Assembly (NCBI GenBank): GCA_001661245.1
Contig: KV454012.1
Span: 1,910,418-1,974,417, forward strand
Source: Pachysolen tannophilus NRRL Y-2460
Lineage: Eukaryota
Length of the DNA: 64,000 bases
Direction: 5' to 3'
The notes beneath the pieces were generated by a model, which was not told the origin of the DNA, ran no database searches, and saw only the letters and a program-made list of their open reading frames with translations. The translations under genes and the position numbers were made by a program. Shown in pieces: positions 1 through 12,328 of this stretch (the first letter of the stretch is position 1; every line of letters begins with the position of its first letter).

Positions 1-540
1 AATACATCTGGTTCAACTAATGCTACTCCAAAGTTAATGAAGCCATCTTCATATACTGCCCCTTTCCAACAAAAAGCAAATGTTGTATCACCGTCGTTAA
101 AGAATATATCACAACCGTCATCAGAGGTAACAAATACAAAATTAGAAAACGAAGATACCACGGCAGGTTTTTCTACTGATAATAATAATAACAATACCGA
201 GTCTAGTGATCTTAAACGTGAATATATTGCTATTGATATTGATAATATTTTGTCAGACAATGGTTCTCTAGATCTGAAAACTTTAGAGAAAACAACTACA
301 ACTTCTTTGAATACAGACAACAATTTTCAAGTACAAGAAACAAGTGTCTCAGAAGAAACCAAAGGTATAATGAAAGATGCTGAAATTAATGAATTAATGA
401 ATGAGGTCCAAAATGCGAGTGAAAATACTGAGGCTTTCAAAGATGATTTAGGAAATAATGATACTACATCGGTGAAAAGAGCAAGAGAAAAAGAGGATGA
501 AGATGAGAAAGATTATAACAAGATGGTAAGGTTACAATGA
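1..540 (+). CDS. 3' end of a protein gene truncated by the window edge; acidic, low-complexity C-terminus; possibly FHL1 by synteny only
   Basis: Frame 1 is open from base 1 to TGA at 538-540. It is convergent with PRE2, the same arrangement as FHL1(YPR104C)-PRE2(YPR103W)-RPL11A(YPR102C)-SNT309(YPR101W) in S. cerevisiae. No diagnostic domain is visible. Confidence 0.6.
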   Translation, partial: NTSGSTNATPKLMKPSSYTAPFQQKANVVSPSLKNISQPSSEVTNTKLENEDTTAGFSTDNNNNNTESSDLKREYIAIDIDNILSDNGSLDLKTLEKTTTTSLNTDNNFQVQETSVSEETKGIMKDAEINELMNEVQNASENTEAFKDDLGNNDTTSVKRAREKEDEDEKDYNKMVRLQ

Positions 541-716
541 ACCAATTAATTTGTAAATTTATAAATATAGAATTTTGGAAAGCTTTTATTTGCTGTATAT
601 TTATAATTATCATTAACAACAGTGAAACTTTTCTCAATATATCTAATAATGTAGTCAAGAAACGAAAAAAAAAAAAAAAAAAAGAATAAAGAAAAAGAAA
701 GATTAAAAGAGGAATT

Positions 717-1571
717 TTAAGCCAGAACGTTATTAAAACTTTTTTCAGCTTCTTTAGTATTCCAAAATAACTCACCAACATCAAAATTACCATGATAAAC
801 CCATCCTTGTTCTGTAACGTGGTATAAATTTACCGATCCACCAGAATAAGCATCTCTATGAGCAGCGGCCAAAATACTTCTTCTACCAAGATACAAAGCA
901 TCTTCCACAGACAAATCCCATTTATAATTTGAATCCAATACACCGTAGGCAAATGTTTGACCAGAACCAACACAAAATAAATCACCTTTCATTCTTGTAC
1001 CATCTGAATCCACGTAATATATGGTTGGGCCTTCTTTCTTGGTATATCCACAAATCATTGTACCCATTGATAATCCCATACCTTTATATTCATATACCAA
1101 GTTACTCAAGATCTTTGATGCTGCAGCTACTGAAATTCTTTCTTTATTTCTTAATTCATGTAATCTACATTGAGTTCCTAACCAAGTTTCCCAATATTGA
1201 CAATCAGCAGCTCCACCAGCCATAGTACCTAATAAGAACGGATTAATTTCAATTACCTTCTTCACAGTCTGGGATGCAATCCAATTACCTGCAGTAGCTC
1301 TAGAATCAACTGCAACAATAATACCACCTTGAAATCTAAACGCCAACGTTGTTGTACCATGTGCAACTTTAATCTTACAATCAGGGTTGACCGAATCATC
1401 TGTATGAGCTCTCAAGAATTCTGTTGGCTGTGAAATTGGAGCTATTGACAATGAAGGTGCCAATTTCAAATCAACTCCTTGGTTGAAAAAATCACTATTT
1501 GTAGATTCAAAATCATTTCTTAATTCATTTTGTCTTTTTTGGAAAGTAAATTCCTCTGTTATAGAATTCAT
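717..1571 (-). CDS. PRE2: 20S proteasome beta5 subunit precursor (284 aa)
   Basis: Propeptide followed by [25 protein letters not shown] (catalytic Thr1), then [10 protein letters not shown] and RDAYSGG. The true ATG is at 1571 (MNSITEEF); the ORF track's start at 1583 is a TTG. Confidence 0.98.
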   Translation of the reverse strand: MNSITEEFTFQKRQNELRNDFESTNSDFFNQGVDLKLAPSLSIAPISQPTEFLRAHTDDSVNPDCKIKVAHGTTTLAFRFQGGIIVAVDSRATAGNWIASQTVKKVIEINPFLLGTMAGGAADCQYWETWLGTQCRLHELRNKERISVAAASKILSNLVYEYKGMGLSMGTMICGYTKKEGPTIYYVDSDGTRMKGDLFCVGSGQTFAYGVLDSNYKWDLSVEDALYLGRRSILAAAHRDAYSGGSVNLYHVTEQGWVYHGNFDVGELFWNTKEAEKSFNNVLA

Positions 1572-1803
1572 GATTAAATTCAAATGCTATAATAAATTGT
1601 GCTATTTTCAAGATCCAAAACTATAGCTCCCGTTAAATTTATAAATATATTAAAAACCTAATTAATCCAATGGGATATAAAAGTCAATTTCCAACCACTA
1701 TTTATATAACCTTACCTGAAGTTTCAATTAAACTGTTTAAAAAACAATTGAATTGATATGAGTTTATTACCTTTATTACCATATAACGATTCTATTTTTC
1801 TTA

Positions 1804-1812
1804 GTGGCAATT
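1804..1812. promoter_or_regulatory. PACE-like (Rpn4) element upstream of PRE2
   Basis: AGTGGCAAT about 230 bp upstream of a proteasome gene; imperfect match to (G/A)GTGGCAAA. Confidence 0.3.
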
Positions 1813-2058
1813 AAAATTGTTGATATTTTCAGCACGACTTTAACAAATTCTGTTTTCGGAAGTTTGTGTTTTAACAACACTACCATGAAGTCGTGCTGTT
1901 TTGCTCAAAAGCAAAAAAAAAATTAAAAAAAATAAAATCTGTCAATTCCAAAAAAAAAAAAAAAAACCAAAATGCCGTGTACATAAAATTTTTAGATTTT
2001 TATTTTTATTTTTTACTTTTTTTCAAGTTATGTCTGGATGGTCAAAAAAATTAAATAA

Positions 2059-2124
2059 TAGGGTTATTGCAATGACAGCCCTAATTGCATTTTTTTGTTT
2101 TTTTCTATCATGTGACTGTGACTG
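2059..2124. promoter_or_regulatory. Ribosomal-protein promoter elements: inverted TAGGG...CCCTAA (Tbf1-like) and two overlapping Homol-D boxes
   Basis: TAGGG 2059-2063 and CCCTAA 2079-2084; TGTGACTG at 2111-2118 and 2117-2124. They lie upstream of RPL11, but the distance is uncertain because of the N-gap. Confidence 0.55.
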
Positions 2125-2202
2125 CTGTTACAATTTTTATTTGTCAATTTTTAGTTAATTTTTGTTGTTGTGCCACACGACGTTTTGTATGTGCAATTTT
2201 TT

Positions 2203-2697
2203 NNNNNNNNNNNNNNNNNNNNNNNNNNNNNNNNNNNNNNNNNNNNNNNNNNNNNNNNNNNNNNNNNNNNNNNNNNNNNNNNNNNNNNNNNNNNNNNNNN
2301 NNNNNNNNNNNNNNNNNNNNNNNNNNNNNNNNNNNNNNNNNNNNNNNNNNNNNNNNNNNNNNNNNNNNNNNNNNNNNNNNNNNNNNNNNNNNNNNNNNNN
2401 NNNNNNNNNNNNNNNNNNNNNNNNNNNNNNNNNNNNNNNNNNNNNNNNNNNNNNNNNNNNNNNNNNNNNNNNNNNNNNNNNNNNNNNNNNNNNNNNNNNN
2501 NNNNNNNNNNNNNNNNNNNNNNNNNNNNNNNNNNNNNNNNNNNNNNNNNNNNNNNNNNNNNNNNNNNNNNNNNNNNNNNNNNNNNNNNNNNNNNNNNNNN
2601 NNNNNNNNNNNNNNNNNNNNNNNNNNNNNNNNNNNNNNNNNNNNNNNNNNNNNNNNNNNNNNNNNNNNNNNNNNNNNNNNNNNNNNNNNNNNNNNNN
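2203..2697. other. Assembly gap (N run)
   Basis: Run of N. ORF-track entries spanning it are artefacts. Confidence 1.
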
Positions 2698-2876
2698 TTT
2701 GTATGTGCTTAATTTTTTTTTTTTTTTTTTTTTTCACTTTTTTTTTTTCAGTTGGATGTACACCGAAAGGGAAGGAAGATATAGAGATACATTTTTTTCT
2801 TATTTAATAAATACTTTTTATTTATATATATTTTAATAACAATCAAAATCTTCTCCAAATAAAAAAGTTAGCTAAA

Positions 2877-3854
2877 ATGGTAAGCAGAAATGTTAATAAT
2901 TGGATGTGAAAGAAGTGATAAAAGATGAAACAAGATAGTAAGGCAGCCTTGTAAAGGTGATGAAAGAAAATGACTTATTAAGTAATATCCAGTTGAATAC
3001 CATTTGAACCTAATTTTTGATAATTGATTTTTTGATTTATGATTTATATTTTATATATATATACTTGAGACGGTTGAGGTGTTATTTAATAAACTGATAT
3101 TTGTGTTGTTTATTGAGTTTACACATTTTGTTTCAAGTTTGTATAATTCGAAATATTTACCATAATGAACAAACATTGATTATTGAATATTATGTTAATG
3201 AACTGGTTTTACTTAATAGTGATTTATTCTACTTGTTTTTCTTCTTTTATAGCTTTAATAAATATCCATTCAAGGTTGTGTAAAATGTATTTTTGTTACT
3301 AACTTAAATTTTTTTTTTTTTTTTTTATTCAGTCATCAAAAGCTTCAAATCCTATGAGAGAGCTTCGTATTGAGAAGTTAGTCTTAAACATCTGTGTTGG
3401 TGAATCAGGTGATAGATTAACAAGAGCCTCAAAAGTTTTAGAACAATTATCTGGTCAAACTCCAGTTCAATCAAAGGCTAGATACACTGTTAGAACTTTT
3501 GGTATCAGAAGAAATGAAAAAATTGCTGTTCATGTTACCGTTAGAGGTCCAAAAGCTGAAGAAATTTTAGAAAGAGGTTTAAAAGTTAAAGAATATCAAT
3601 TATTAAAGAGAAATTTTTCTGAAACTGGTAACTTTGGTTTTGGTATTTCTGAACATATTGATTTAGGTATCAAATATGATCCATCTATTGGTATTTATGG
3701 TATGGATTTCTACGTTGTAATGGGTAGAGCTGGTGCCAGAGTCACTAGAAGAAAGAGATGTCAATCTAAGTTGGGTAACCACCACAGATGCTCAAAGGAA
3801 GACTCCATCCAGTGGTTCAAGACCAAATACGATGCAGATGTTTTAGACAAATAA
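2877..3854 (+). CDS. RPL11: 60S ribosomal protein L11 (uL5), join(2877..2879,3333..3854), 174 aa
   Basis: ATG|GTAAGC donor, TACTAAC branch at 3297-3303, poly-T then CAG acceptor at 3332. The spliced product is [33 protein letters not shown]..., a classic uL5. Confidence 0.98.
2880..3332 (+). other. Spliceosomal intron of RPL11 (453 nt)
   Basis: GTAAGC...TACTAAC...TTCAG; removing it restores the frame with the ORF at 3354. Confidence 0.93.
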
Positions 3855-4026
3855 GTTTTTAAGTTTTTCTTTTAGTTGTTTTATAGTAATCCCAAAAAAA
3901 AAAATTAATAAATATATATCAATAAGAAAGATTTTAATTAGGTTTTTTTCTTTTTCTTCTTACATTTTTTTAATTGCTTGAGTAACATAAAACGAAATGG
4001 ATAAATTTTATTTTAAAAGAAAGTTA

Positions 4027-4742
4027 TTAATCTTGATTTAATAATTCTAATCTAGTGCATTCAATACCAACATCAACACATGCTTTAATTTCTTCTCTCC
4101 ATTTATTTTGTAAATATTCATCTAAAGGTTTATAATTTAATTGTAATTTTTTTCTTTGTTCGTTTATATCATCAATAGCTTTTCTTTTCTTATTTAATTC
4201 TTTTTTCAAAATAGAATTGTAACATGATAATTGATTATTATATAAAAGCCATTTATTTTTAACTATTATATCATTATTAAAATTAGAAATTGTTAATGAT
4301 CTTTGTCTTAACATTGAATGAGCCAATGAAGTATATAATTTTGCATAATCCAACTCATTAGACTCAGTAGTTAAATTGTTATATCTTGTTAGATCTATTC
4401 CTCCAATAGAAGGTATTATAATTTCATCATTTTTTTTTTTCCTTTATCAAATTGATTATTTTGTTGAAATTCTTCAATTTTATAAATTTCTTTCATCAAC
4501 AATGGTTCAACCTTATTTTTTCGCACAAGTAAAATTTCATATCTATTCTCTAAACTTGGGTATAATTTATTGACATCAAAACTTGCCAACTCCTGAGTTA
4601 CAAGTTTATTAACTTCTTCTCTTTCTTGTTGTGTTATCTCATCATCAATATAAACCAAAGAGTCGTTAACTTGTTCTAAAACGTTTTCAACGTTGGATTC
4701 AAAAGAATTAAAGTTATTAAAAGATTCTTCCACAATAACCAT
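4027..4742 (-). CDS. SNT309: Prp19-complex splicing factor SPF27/BCAS2 (Snt309/Cwf7), split by a 1-nt frameshift in an A11 run
   Basis: The N-terminal ORF has DSLVYID...EREEVNKLVTQEL. The downstream frame has GGIDLTRY...KNKWLLYNNQL...IDDINEQRKKLQ...LQNKW (BCAS2 motifs). Adding one A at 4430-4440 gives a 238-aa protein. Adjacent to RPL11 as in S. cerevisiae. Confidence 0.85.
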
Positions 4743-5375
4743 CTCCACAAACTTATCTTTTGAAAAAAAAGTCTCCACAATAATATATATATATATATAT
4801 TAACACTTATTCATTTATTTGGTTTTACGGCCTCTTACCGAGGGCCTCTCATAATAGCCCTTTCATATGGCCTTCCTAACATCTTACACCAAATTACATT
4901 TTTTGAACCCACACGACTTGAAATTAATTTTCTCAATTTTCTCAATTTTTTCAAATTTTCTCATACGGTAACTTACATACTGATCCGATGTGCGTAGTAA
5001 TAAAATATGCGTAGCTTTACGTGCAAGATATGTAGCGCAGCCAATTATTACGCTATATTATTATGAAAAAAAAATTTTTTATTTTTTATTTCTTTTCTAA
5101 GCTATTTTTCTCTTTCTGTTTCTCTCTCAATATACATTTCCCTCTTGAGTGAGGTGACCTTCCTGGACTCGGGAAACTTGGTCCATGCACCACCGTTTTT
5201 TTTTTTGTTTTACTTTTTTACTTTTTTTTTTATATTGTCCCGATTTACTATTGTAACAAAAAAATATTTTTTTTTCTAAATTTTTTTTTTTTTTCTTCTT
5301 TTTAGTTTCTTAGGAAATAGAGAACAAATTCCATATAAAAGCAAAAAATAAAAAAAAAAAGTTCTACATTAAATA

Positions 5376-5406
<31 letters not shown>

Positions 5407-6173
5407 TCCCACCTCTAGGCCAAGAAAATCGATACTTGATTGATTAAAATTAGTTAAAGCCAGGTGAAGATTTATCAATTTTGTTTTAAATAATAAGGCA
5501 ATAACGTCACACAGTAAGCTTTTTTTTGTTTTTTTTTTTGTATATATTTATTTAAAGCTACAAGAACGTCGTGCTTTGGTGCCCAAAAAACGGCTTTAAT
5601 AGGAAGAAACAAGACACAGGGGAAAGAAGAGATTGCTCGATTCATTTTAAGAGAGTTTACAATACAGTACAATAATTTTGCTATAAATCATATTAGAGTA
5701 AAAAGATTTATTTTTATATTTGTTTTCCATCGGATAGTTGTTTTAGTGGGTGATTGAAATCATTGGGGTGGAAATATAATATTATTTTAATTTTTTTTGT
5801 GTGTGTATTTCTTGTTGTTCTTGTTCTTGTTGTTGTTGAGTGAGGACGATCGTGCTTAGTAGGTTTAAAAAGTTTTCTGACAGGTTCAGTTAACTTGATC
5901 TTGTAACAATTTTTGGTGTCTAGGTGAGGTATTAAAAGACCGATTACCAATCAAGTTTATTGATATTATTATTTATTTGGTGAAAAAAGGATTGATTGAT
6001 TGATTGATTCTTATTGGAAAAGGGAAACTATATTTTATTTTATTTTTATTTTTTTTTTTTTGGTCTTGGTTTTTTTTTGGGTTTTGCTTATTTGTTATTT
6101 GACTGTTGTTGTAGTCAAATCGACAAAGGGGATATTTTCATAATAATAAACAATATCTCATTCCAAAAAAAAA

Positions 6174-8294
6174 ATGGGTGAAACAGCAGTGAATAGACCG
6201 CGGAAGTCAACAATGTCAAAAATTGGGCGAGTCTTTGGAATAAATTCTACTTTGTCCCAGGAGAAGGAGAAGGAGAAGGAGAAGGAGAAGGAGAAGGAAA
6301 AGGAAAAGGAAAAGGAAAAAGAAAACACTCTTTGTCATCCCGGTGAATTAAACGTCAATGTTAGACTTAATGGGAATGGGAATGCCCACTCGGCAGCATC
6401 CACATCTGTTGATAATGCATCATCGGTGGGGCAGAGCGAGTTACCAACTCCAAATGGTTCATCGTCATCATCAGCTCCGGTTTCCCCAGAGTTTTCTCTG
6501 GGTTACTCGAAAAATAATTCCACAGCATCACTAATCAACACTCAACAGATTCTGCAGCAGCCGATCCAACAGCAGCATCAGCAGCAGCAGCAGCAGAGGC
6601 CTACAGTGACAACCACGAATGTGCCTTCTGTTTCTTCTATGCCTTCAGCTACTGGGATTACAAAATCTCCAACACTGCTTGCAAGATCAAATGGCCTGCA
6701 ATCACCAACAGTAGGCAATTCGCCTTTACTACTGCCACAACCTTCGCCAGCACAATTATTTTCAGCAACAAATCCATCCCGACAATCCTCTTTAAGAAGA
6801 CCTTTGGTCTCGAGTGTACCAAGTGTTCCAAGTATACCAAGTATTCCAAGTGCTGTTAACTTACCACAAGAATCTTCAAAGAAATCTCCAAATATTGCAG
6901 GTATAAGTTCTGGTGGTGGAATAACGCCACCTAATGAAATTTCTGCACAAAGTATTGCGGCTCCAACCCCAATACCCGCTGTTCCTTCAAGTGGTTCCAT
7001 CTCAAGGTCATCGTCTTCGGCTTCAACAAATAGATCACACAGTAATAGTGTTGTAAATCCACCAAGATTCATAATGTTGGAAGATGGAAGTCATGAGCAT
7101 TATTTGAAAAATGCAAAAAGACAAGAAAAATTAGGTCATATGATTAAAGATTTATTAGGAGCAAAGAAATTGAGAAGTGAAGCTATAAGTGCAGTGCCTA
7201 ACATTTTGAATTCTGTTATTCCACCAATAAGTGAAGTTCCAGAACATCAAGCTGCTATTACTCAAACAACTTCACCACCACAACAAGCTACAGACGTACC
7301 TCCTACATTATTTGCCGGTTTAGTTAACCAGGTTAAAAAGGGAGAATTGACCCAATTTAGTGGTGGTACTGTTCAATCTCAACCTATTATAAATGCCACT
7401 TCGACAACAAAAGTAGATTCAAGATCATTTGTTATGAAGTATGGTAAATGCCAAGAAGTTATTGGTAGAGGTGCATTTGGTGTTGTTAGAGTTTCACATA
7501 AAAAAGTTGAAGGTGAAAGAACTGAAGTTTTATATGCTGTAAAAGAATTTAAAAGAAAACCACAAGAAGCTGATCAAAAATATTCAAGAAGATTAACCTC
7601 GGAATTTTGTATTTCTTCATCATTACAACATATAAATATTATTCATACACTTGATTTATTACAAGATGCAAAAGGTGATTATTGTGAAGTTATGGAATTT
7701 TGTTCTGGTGGAGATTTGTACACATTAATTATAGCTGCAGGTAAATTAGAATATATTGAAGCTGATTGTTTTTTTAAACAATTAATTAGAGGTGTTAACT
7801 ATATGCATGAAATGGGAGTTTCTCATCGTGATTTAAAACCAGAAAATTTATTATTAACGGCAAATGGGGTTTTAAAAATTACAGATTTTGGTAATGCTGA
7901 ATTATTTAGAACTGCTTGGGAAAAGGAAATTCATTTAAGTTATGGGGTTTGTGGATCATCCCCATATATTGCACCAGAAGAATATTCAGCTAAAGAATTT
8001 GATGCAAGAAAGGTTGATATATGGGCTTGTGGTGTAATATATATGGCCATGAGAACTGGAAGACAATTATGGAAATTGGCAAATGTGGAAGATGAATTTT
8101 ATTCCACATATTTGGAAAAGAGAAAAGATGCTAAAGGATATGAACCAATTGAAAATTTGAAAAGGGCAAGATGTAGAAATGTTATTTATTCAATATTAGA
8201 TCCAGTTCCAACTAGGAGAATCACAACAAAACAGATTTTGAACAGTGAATGGTGCAGAGAGATTAAAGTTTGTCATGCTGGAGAAGGCAAATAG
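6174..8294 (+). CDS. SAT4: Hal4/Sat4-family Ser/Thr kinase (ion homeostasis)
   Basis: [54 protein letters not shown] and [18 protein letters not shown] match Sat4. It has a long S/P/Q-rich N-terminus with an (EK)n repeat and lies next to RVS161, as YCR008W/YCR009C do. Confidence 0.93.
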   Translation: MGETAVNRPRKSTMSKIGRVFGINSTLSQEKEKEKEKEKEKEKEKEKEKENTLCHPGELNVNVRLNGNGNAHSAASTSVDNASSVGQSELPTPNGSSSSSAPVSPEFSLGYSKNNSTASLINTQQILQQPIQQQHQQQQQQRPTVTTTNVPSVSSMPSATGITKSPTLLARSNGLQSPTVGNSPLLLPQPSPAQLFSATNPSRQSSLRRPLVSSVPSVPSIPSIPSAVNLPQESSKKSPNIAGISSGGGITPPNEISAQSIAAPTPIPAVPSSGSISRSSSSASTNRSHSNSVVNPPRFIMLEDGSHEHYLKNAKRQEKLGHMIKDLLGAKKLRSEAISAVPNILNSVIPPISEVPEHQAAITQTTSPPQQATDVPPTLFAGLVNQVKKGELTQFSGGTVQSQPIINATSTTKVDSRSFVMKYGKCQEVIGRGAFGVVRVSHKKVEGERTEVLYAVKEFKRKPQEADQKYSRRLTSEFCISSSLQHINIIHTLDLLQDAKGDYCEVMEFCSGGDLYTLIIAAGKLEYIEADCFFKQLIRGVNYMHEMGVSHRDLKPENLLLTANGVLKITDFGNAELFRTAWEKEIHLSYGVCGSSPYIAPEEYSAKEFDARKVDIWACGVIYMAMRTGRQLWKLANVEDEFYSTYLEKRKDAKGYEPIENLKRARCRNVIYSILDPVPTRRITTKQILNSEWCREIKVCHAGEGK

Positions 8295-8908
8295 GATATT
8301 CATATCAATATAGTTTTCTTTTTTTCCAATTTGGAAAAGAAATATATGTTATCATAATTACTACCTTAGATTTATTTAAAACTCAAATAGGAAAAGAAAT
8401 GAAGTCAGCTAGTCACTCGTTCAATTTTTTCATTTTTTTTCATTTTTTTTTTTTTTTATTTTTTTTAAAAAATTTTCTTTTGCTTTTTCCTTTTTTTTTC
8501 ACAATTTCAAATAGCATAGCATTTGAGTTATTATGTTTATAAAAAATAGAGTATTTTCACAGGTTAGGTGTTTTAGTTATTAAGAGGTATAGTAGTAGAC
8601 TATTAATCACTTTTTTTATCTATAGTATGAAGTCGTGTATGACGTTTTAAAAACAAAGTGTGTAAATAAATTTTTTGTGGTGAACTTTTTAATTCTAATT
8701 TCCGAAAGTAAAGCGGCGGTTAGCAAATTTGAATTAATAAATATCTATCTATATAGATTGATAATTTTAAAAATAATATTAATTTAATTTGAGCTGTGTT
8801 TGTCAAAGTTTTTTAATCAAACTTTTAGAATTTAGTTGAAACAAGTAACAATTTTTTCCCAATTCTTTTTTTTTTTAAAAAAAAAAATAAAAAAAAAAAA
8901 ATAATTAA

Positions 8909-9910
8909 ATGTCTTGGGAAGGATTTAAGAAAGCTGTTAATAGAACAGCGGCATCGGTACGTAACTATTAACGAATCCTAAACGATTTTCTGAAATTTCT
9001 TCAGTTCATTGTTTCTTTTTTTTTTTTTTTCAAAAAATATCAATTGCTAATTTGTTTGTATATGTATATGTTTAGGTCACTGTGAAAAGTACTGATAAAG
9101 TCATTGATAGAGATTATGATACAGAAGAAAGAAGATATAAAACGTAAGTATATATATAATAATATACTTGAGGAGTGTATATGATGATAAGAAATACTAA
9201 CTTTTTCGTTTAAATTTTCATAATTTGGATAAAGTCTTGAGACAGCAGGTCAAAAATTACAAAAAGAAACAAAAGGTTATTTGGATTCGTTAAGAGCAGT
9301 GACGGCATCTCAAGTTACAATTGCTGAGATTGTTTCTAATTTATATGAAGATTCAAAAGATTCTGCTTATGGTGATGTAGGTTCATATTATTTACAAGCA
9401 GTTCAAGATTTTGATCAAGAAACTGTAAAACAATTAGATGGTCCATTTAGAGAAACAGTATTGGATCCTGTAACAAAATTTTGTTCTTATTTTACTGAAA
9501 TTGATGAAGCTATTAAAAAAAGAGCTCATAAAAAAGTAGATTATGAACAATGTAAGGCCAAAGTCAGAAGATTGATTGATAAACCATCTAAAGATGCTGC
9601 AAAATTACCAAGAGCAGAAAAAGAATTAGCATTAGCAAAAGATATATTTGAAGATTTAAATAATCAATTAAAAACAGAATTACCACAGTTAATTGGTTTA
9701 AGAGTTCCATATTTTGATCCAACTTTTGAAGCATTAATTAAAATTCAACTAAGGTTTTGTACAGAAGGTTATACTAGATTAGCGCAAGTTCAACAATATT
9801 TAGAACAAACTTCAAGGGATGAGTATGCCAATGGTCAATTGGACACCAAGATTGATGATTTAATTGGACAAATGAATAATTTAAACATATGTGCGCTTGG
9901 TCATAAATGA
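8909..9910 (+). CDS. RVS161: Amphiphysin/BAR protein Rvs161, join(8909..8956,9076..9143,9235..9910), 263 aa
   Basis: Exon 1 MSWEGFKKAVNRTAAS; intron 1 GTACGT..TGCTAAT..TAG; exon 2 VTVKSTDKVIDRDYDTEERRYK; intron 2 GTAAGT..TACTAAC..AAG; exon 3 LETAGQKLQKETKGYLDSLRAVTASQ. Frames join exactly. Confidence 0.96.
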
Positions 9911-12328
9911 GGATTCCATCCATGTATGATAAATATAAAGTCATCAACGTAAAATATATATATTTTCTCAAATTGAGAGTATATTGGAATTTCCTCCTCC
10001 CTTTTTGTCATATTTGGTTTTTTGTCTATTGTGAAATGTTTATTACTGGTAGTTTATTTTGATAAGTTTTTTTTTTTTTTTTTTTTTTTTTTTTCATTTT
10101 TTGGATAAGATGTTAGGTATAAAAGCAGTATATATGTATTTAAAATGTACTTCTATACTTAGAATCTATTTATCTAATGTAATCAATACAATAGTATCTT
10201 ACAGTAACAAATAATTGTTTTGCGTCATAAATCTGATTTTTTGTTTTAAAAAAAAAAAAAACAATAGAATTTAAGGTATGAAACCAAAAAAGACAAGGTA
10301 CAAATTTTTAATATTCTTGCCTTAGTTTACTTTTCTAATATTTAAAATACGAGTATGAATTCCCGAATAATCAATATTTATATTATCTATAAAGGGCATA
10401 AGTGAAATCAGAGATTAAGACTAATGTAATAATTATTAACTAAAAATATTTTAAAAATAATATGCAATGTATTGGGCACGAGTAATAACTCGGAGCTAAC
10501 AGTTTCCACAATATTTTAAAATACAGCCGATCTATTTATTGTTTATTATATTTTTTCAATAATATCAAAAGATTTGTACTATCAAGATTTGAATGATAAT
10601 TGGTTAAAAATCATTCTTAACAGCACCAAAAAAAAATTGCTTGTTCGTAATCTAGATAAATTTTATAATTCTTCTTTTTTTAACTGTTAACAGCTCTACA
10701 AGTTAGTAAAAATATGATTATAAATGTAAAAATTGAATTACGGGCGTTGTAATTGAATTATTCAAGTTTAGATTAATTTTTAAAAAGAATAATCCGATCA
10801 CACGGACAGACGGAGTAGAGTTTCCAGAACTTCTTCATACAGTTATGTCTATCTTTAAACACTTATTCAATTAGGCCTACTTCAGGGCAACATCTTCAAA
10901 AACAATATATATTTTTTTTTTTGCAATAGGTATACTGTGCTCCGATCTCAAACAATAACTTACTTGCTGGCATCTTTCAAAATATATAAAAAAAAAGAAA
11001 AAGAAAGAAACAAAACTAGAACTTATTTATCTACTAATACATAACGGCGAACGAGTTTTTTTTTTTTTTTTTTGTGTTTTTTTTTCTCAAATAATTAAGG
11101 CTTAAATGAGATCTCTCCCTTAAGTACCGGAGGATTTAACTGGGATATAAACAATTTAAAAGAAAAATCTAGCAGCAAAAGAATCAATACAACTCTGGGG
11201 GGAGAGTCTTGTTAAATTTTTTTTTTCTTTTTTTTTTAATACCTCAATTAAATCAATAATGATCAACATGTAAGCTATCTCAAGAATCAATTATAAGATT
11301 CTAACACTTTCTCTTGGTTGATTGACTGATTGATTACTTAGCTATCTATTAAAAGTTTAAATTTTTTACATTAAATTAATTGTAGTTTTACAAATGCTTT
11401 CTATATATCGTCATAAATAAAAATAAAAGAAAACTAAAGCTAAAACTAAAGGTAAAACGGCTTTTCTTAATACTAACATAATAACATTAGTAAAACTCAA
11501 AAACTAAAGCCAAAACTTCTCCTAGACTCCCATAAAATAAAAAATAATAAAATAATAAAATAATAAAATAATAAAATAATTAAATAATAAAATAAAAGAA
11601 TAGAAGATTACTTAAATTGCCCTTTTGACGCTTGTTCTAGTTATACTTTTATTTTAAAGTAATATTTTTTTGCATTTTCTTTGATTTTTTTTTTTTTTTT
11701 TTGTTTTTTGGATTTTTGACTTTTTTCGAATTTTCTCTTTTGATGAAAAATTAATAGTAAAAGAAAGAATAATAAGTAGCTAAACAATTATTATAATCAA
11801 TCAAAGGAAAAAGAAAAAAAAAATACATTTTGAAAAGTGTAGGCTTTAAAAGTAATGGCTCAGGATAAGGGATCCATAGACAAATTTTTAAAAAAGCCAT
11901 TGCAAAAAAAAAAAGAGACATATATATTCTTTTTAAGAATAGGCGTTTAGATCTTTATTAATATATATATATAAAATATATTAATTAATATAGATATATA
12001 TATATATACGTATATGTATATATGTATATATTTATGTATGTATATATATATATATATAATATAATACTCATTAGCCATAGTTTTCTTTAATTATTATAAT
12101 TTATTATTGGCTATCTAGTTCCAATTCATTGTTAAAAGAATTGATTGTTTGTTAATTGGCGGTTATTTCATAGAAAGCTGTTAAAATAAATGGATTCTTG
12201 ATTATTATTTTAAAAAATTGATTATATATATATAGAGATAAAAAGAAGGAGAATTGAGATAAATTTAATTAATAATAATAACAAAAAGATAATATATATA
12301 TAAAGAGAAAAAGGAAAAAGAAATAAAG

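Noticed and set aside
2085..2836. ORF-track entries full of X
   Set aside because: They are open only because Ns contain no stop codons.
2957..3097. Box C/D snoRNA in the RPL11 intron (GTGATGA ... CTGA)
   Set aside because: No terminal stem or recognisable rRNA guide was seen, and these boxes are common by chance in AT-rich DNA.
6578..7072. Antisense and alternative-frame ORFs inside SAT4 (and similar ones in SCAP, NPR3, NOG1, LEE1 and DIG1)
   Set aside because: Shadow ORFs of low-complexity coding sequence.
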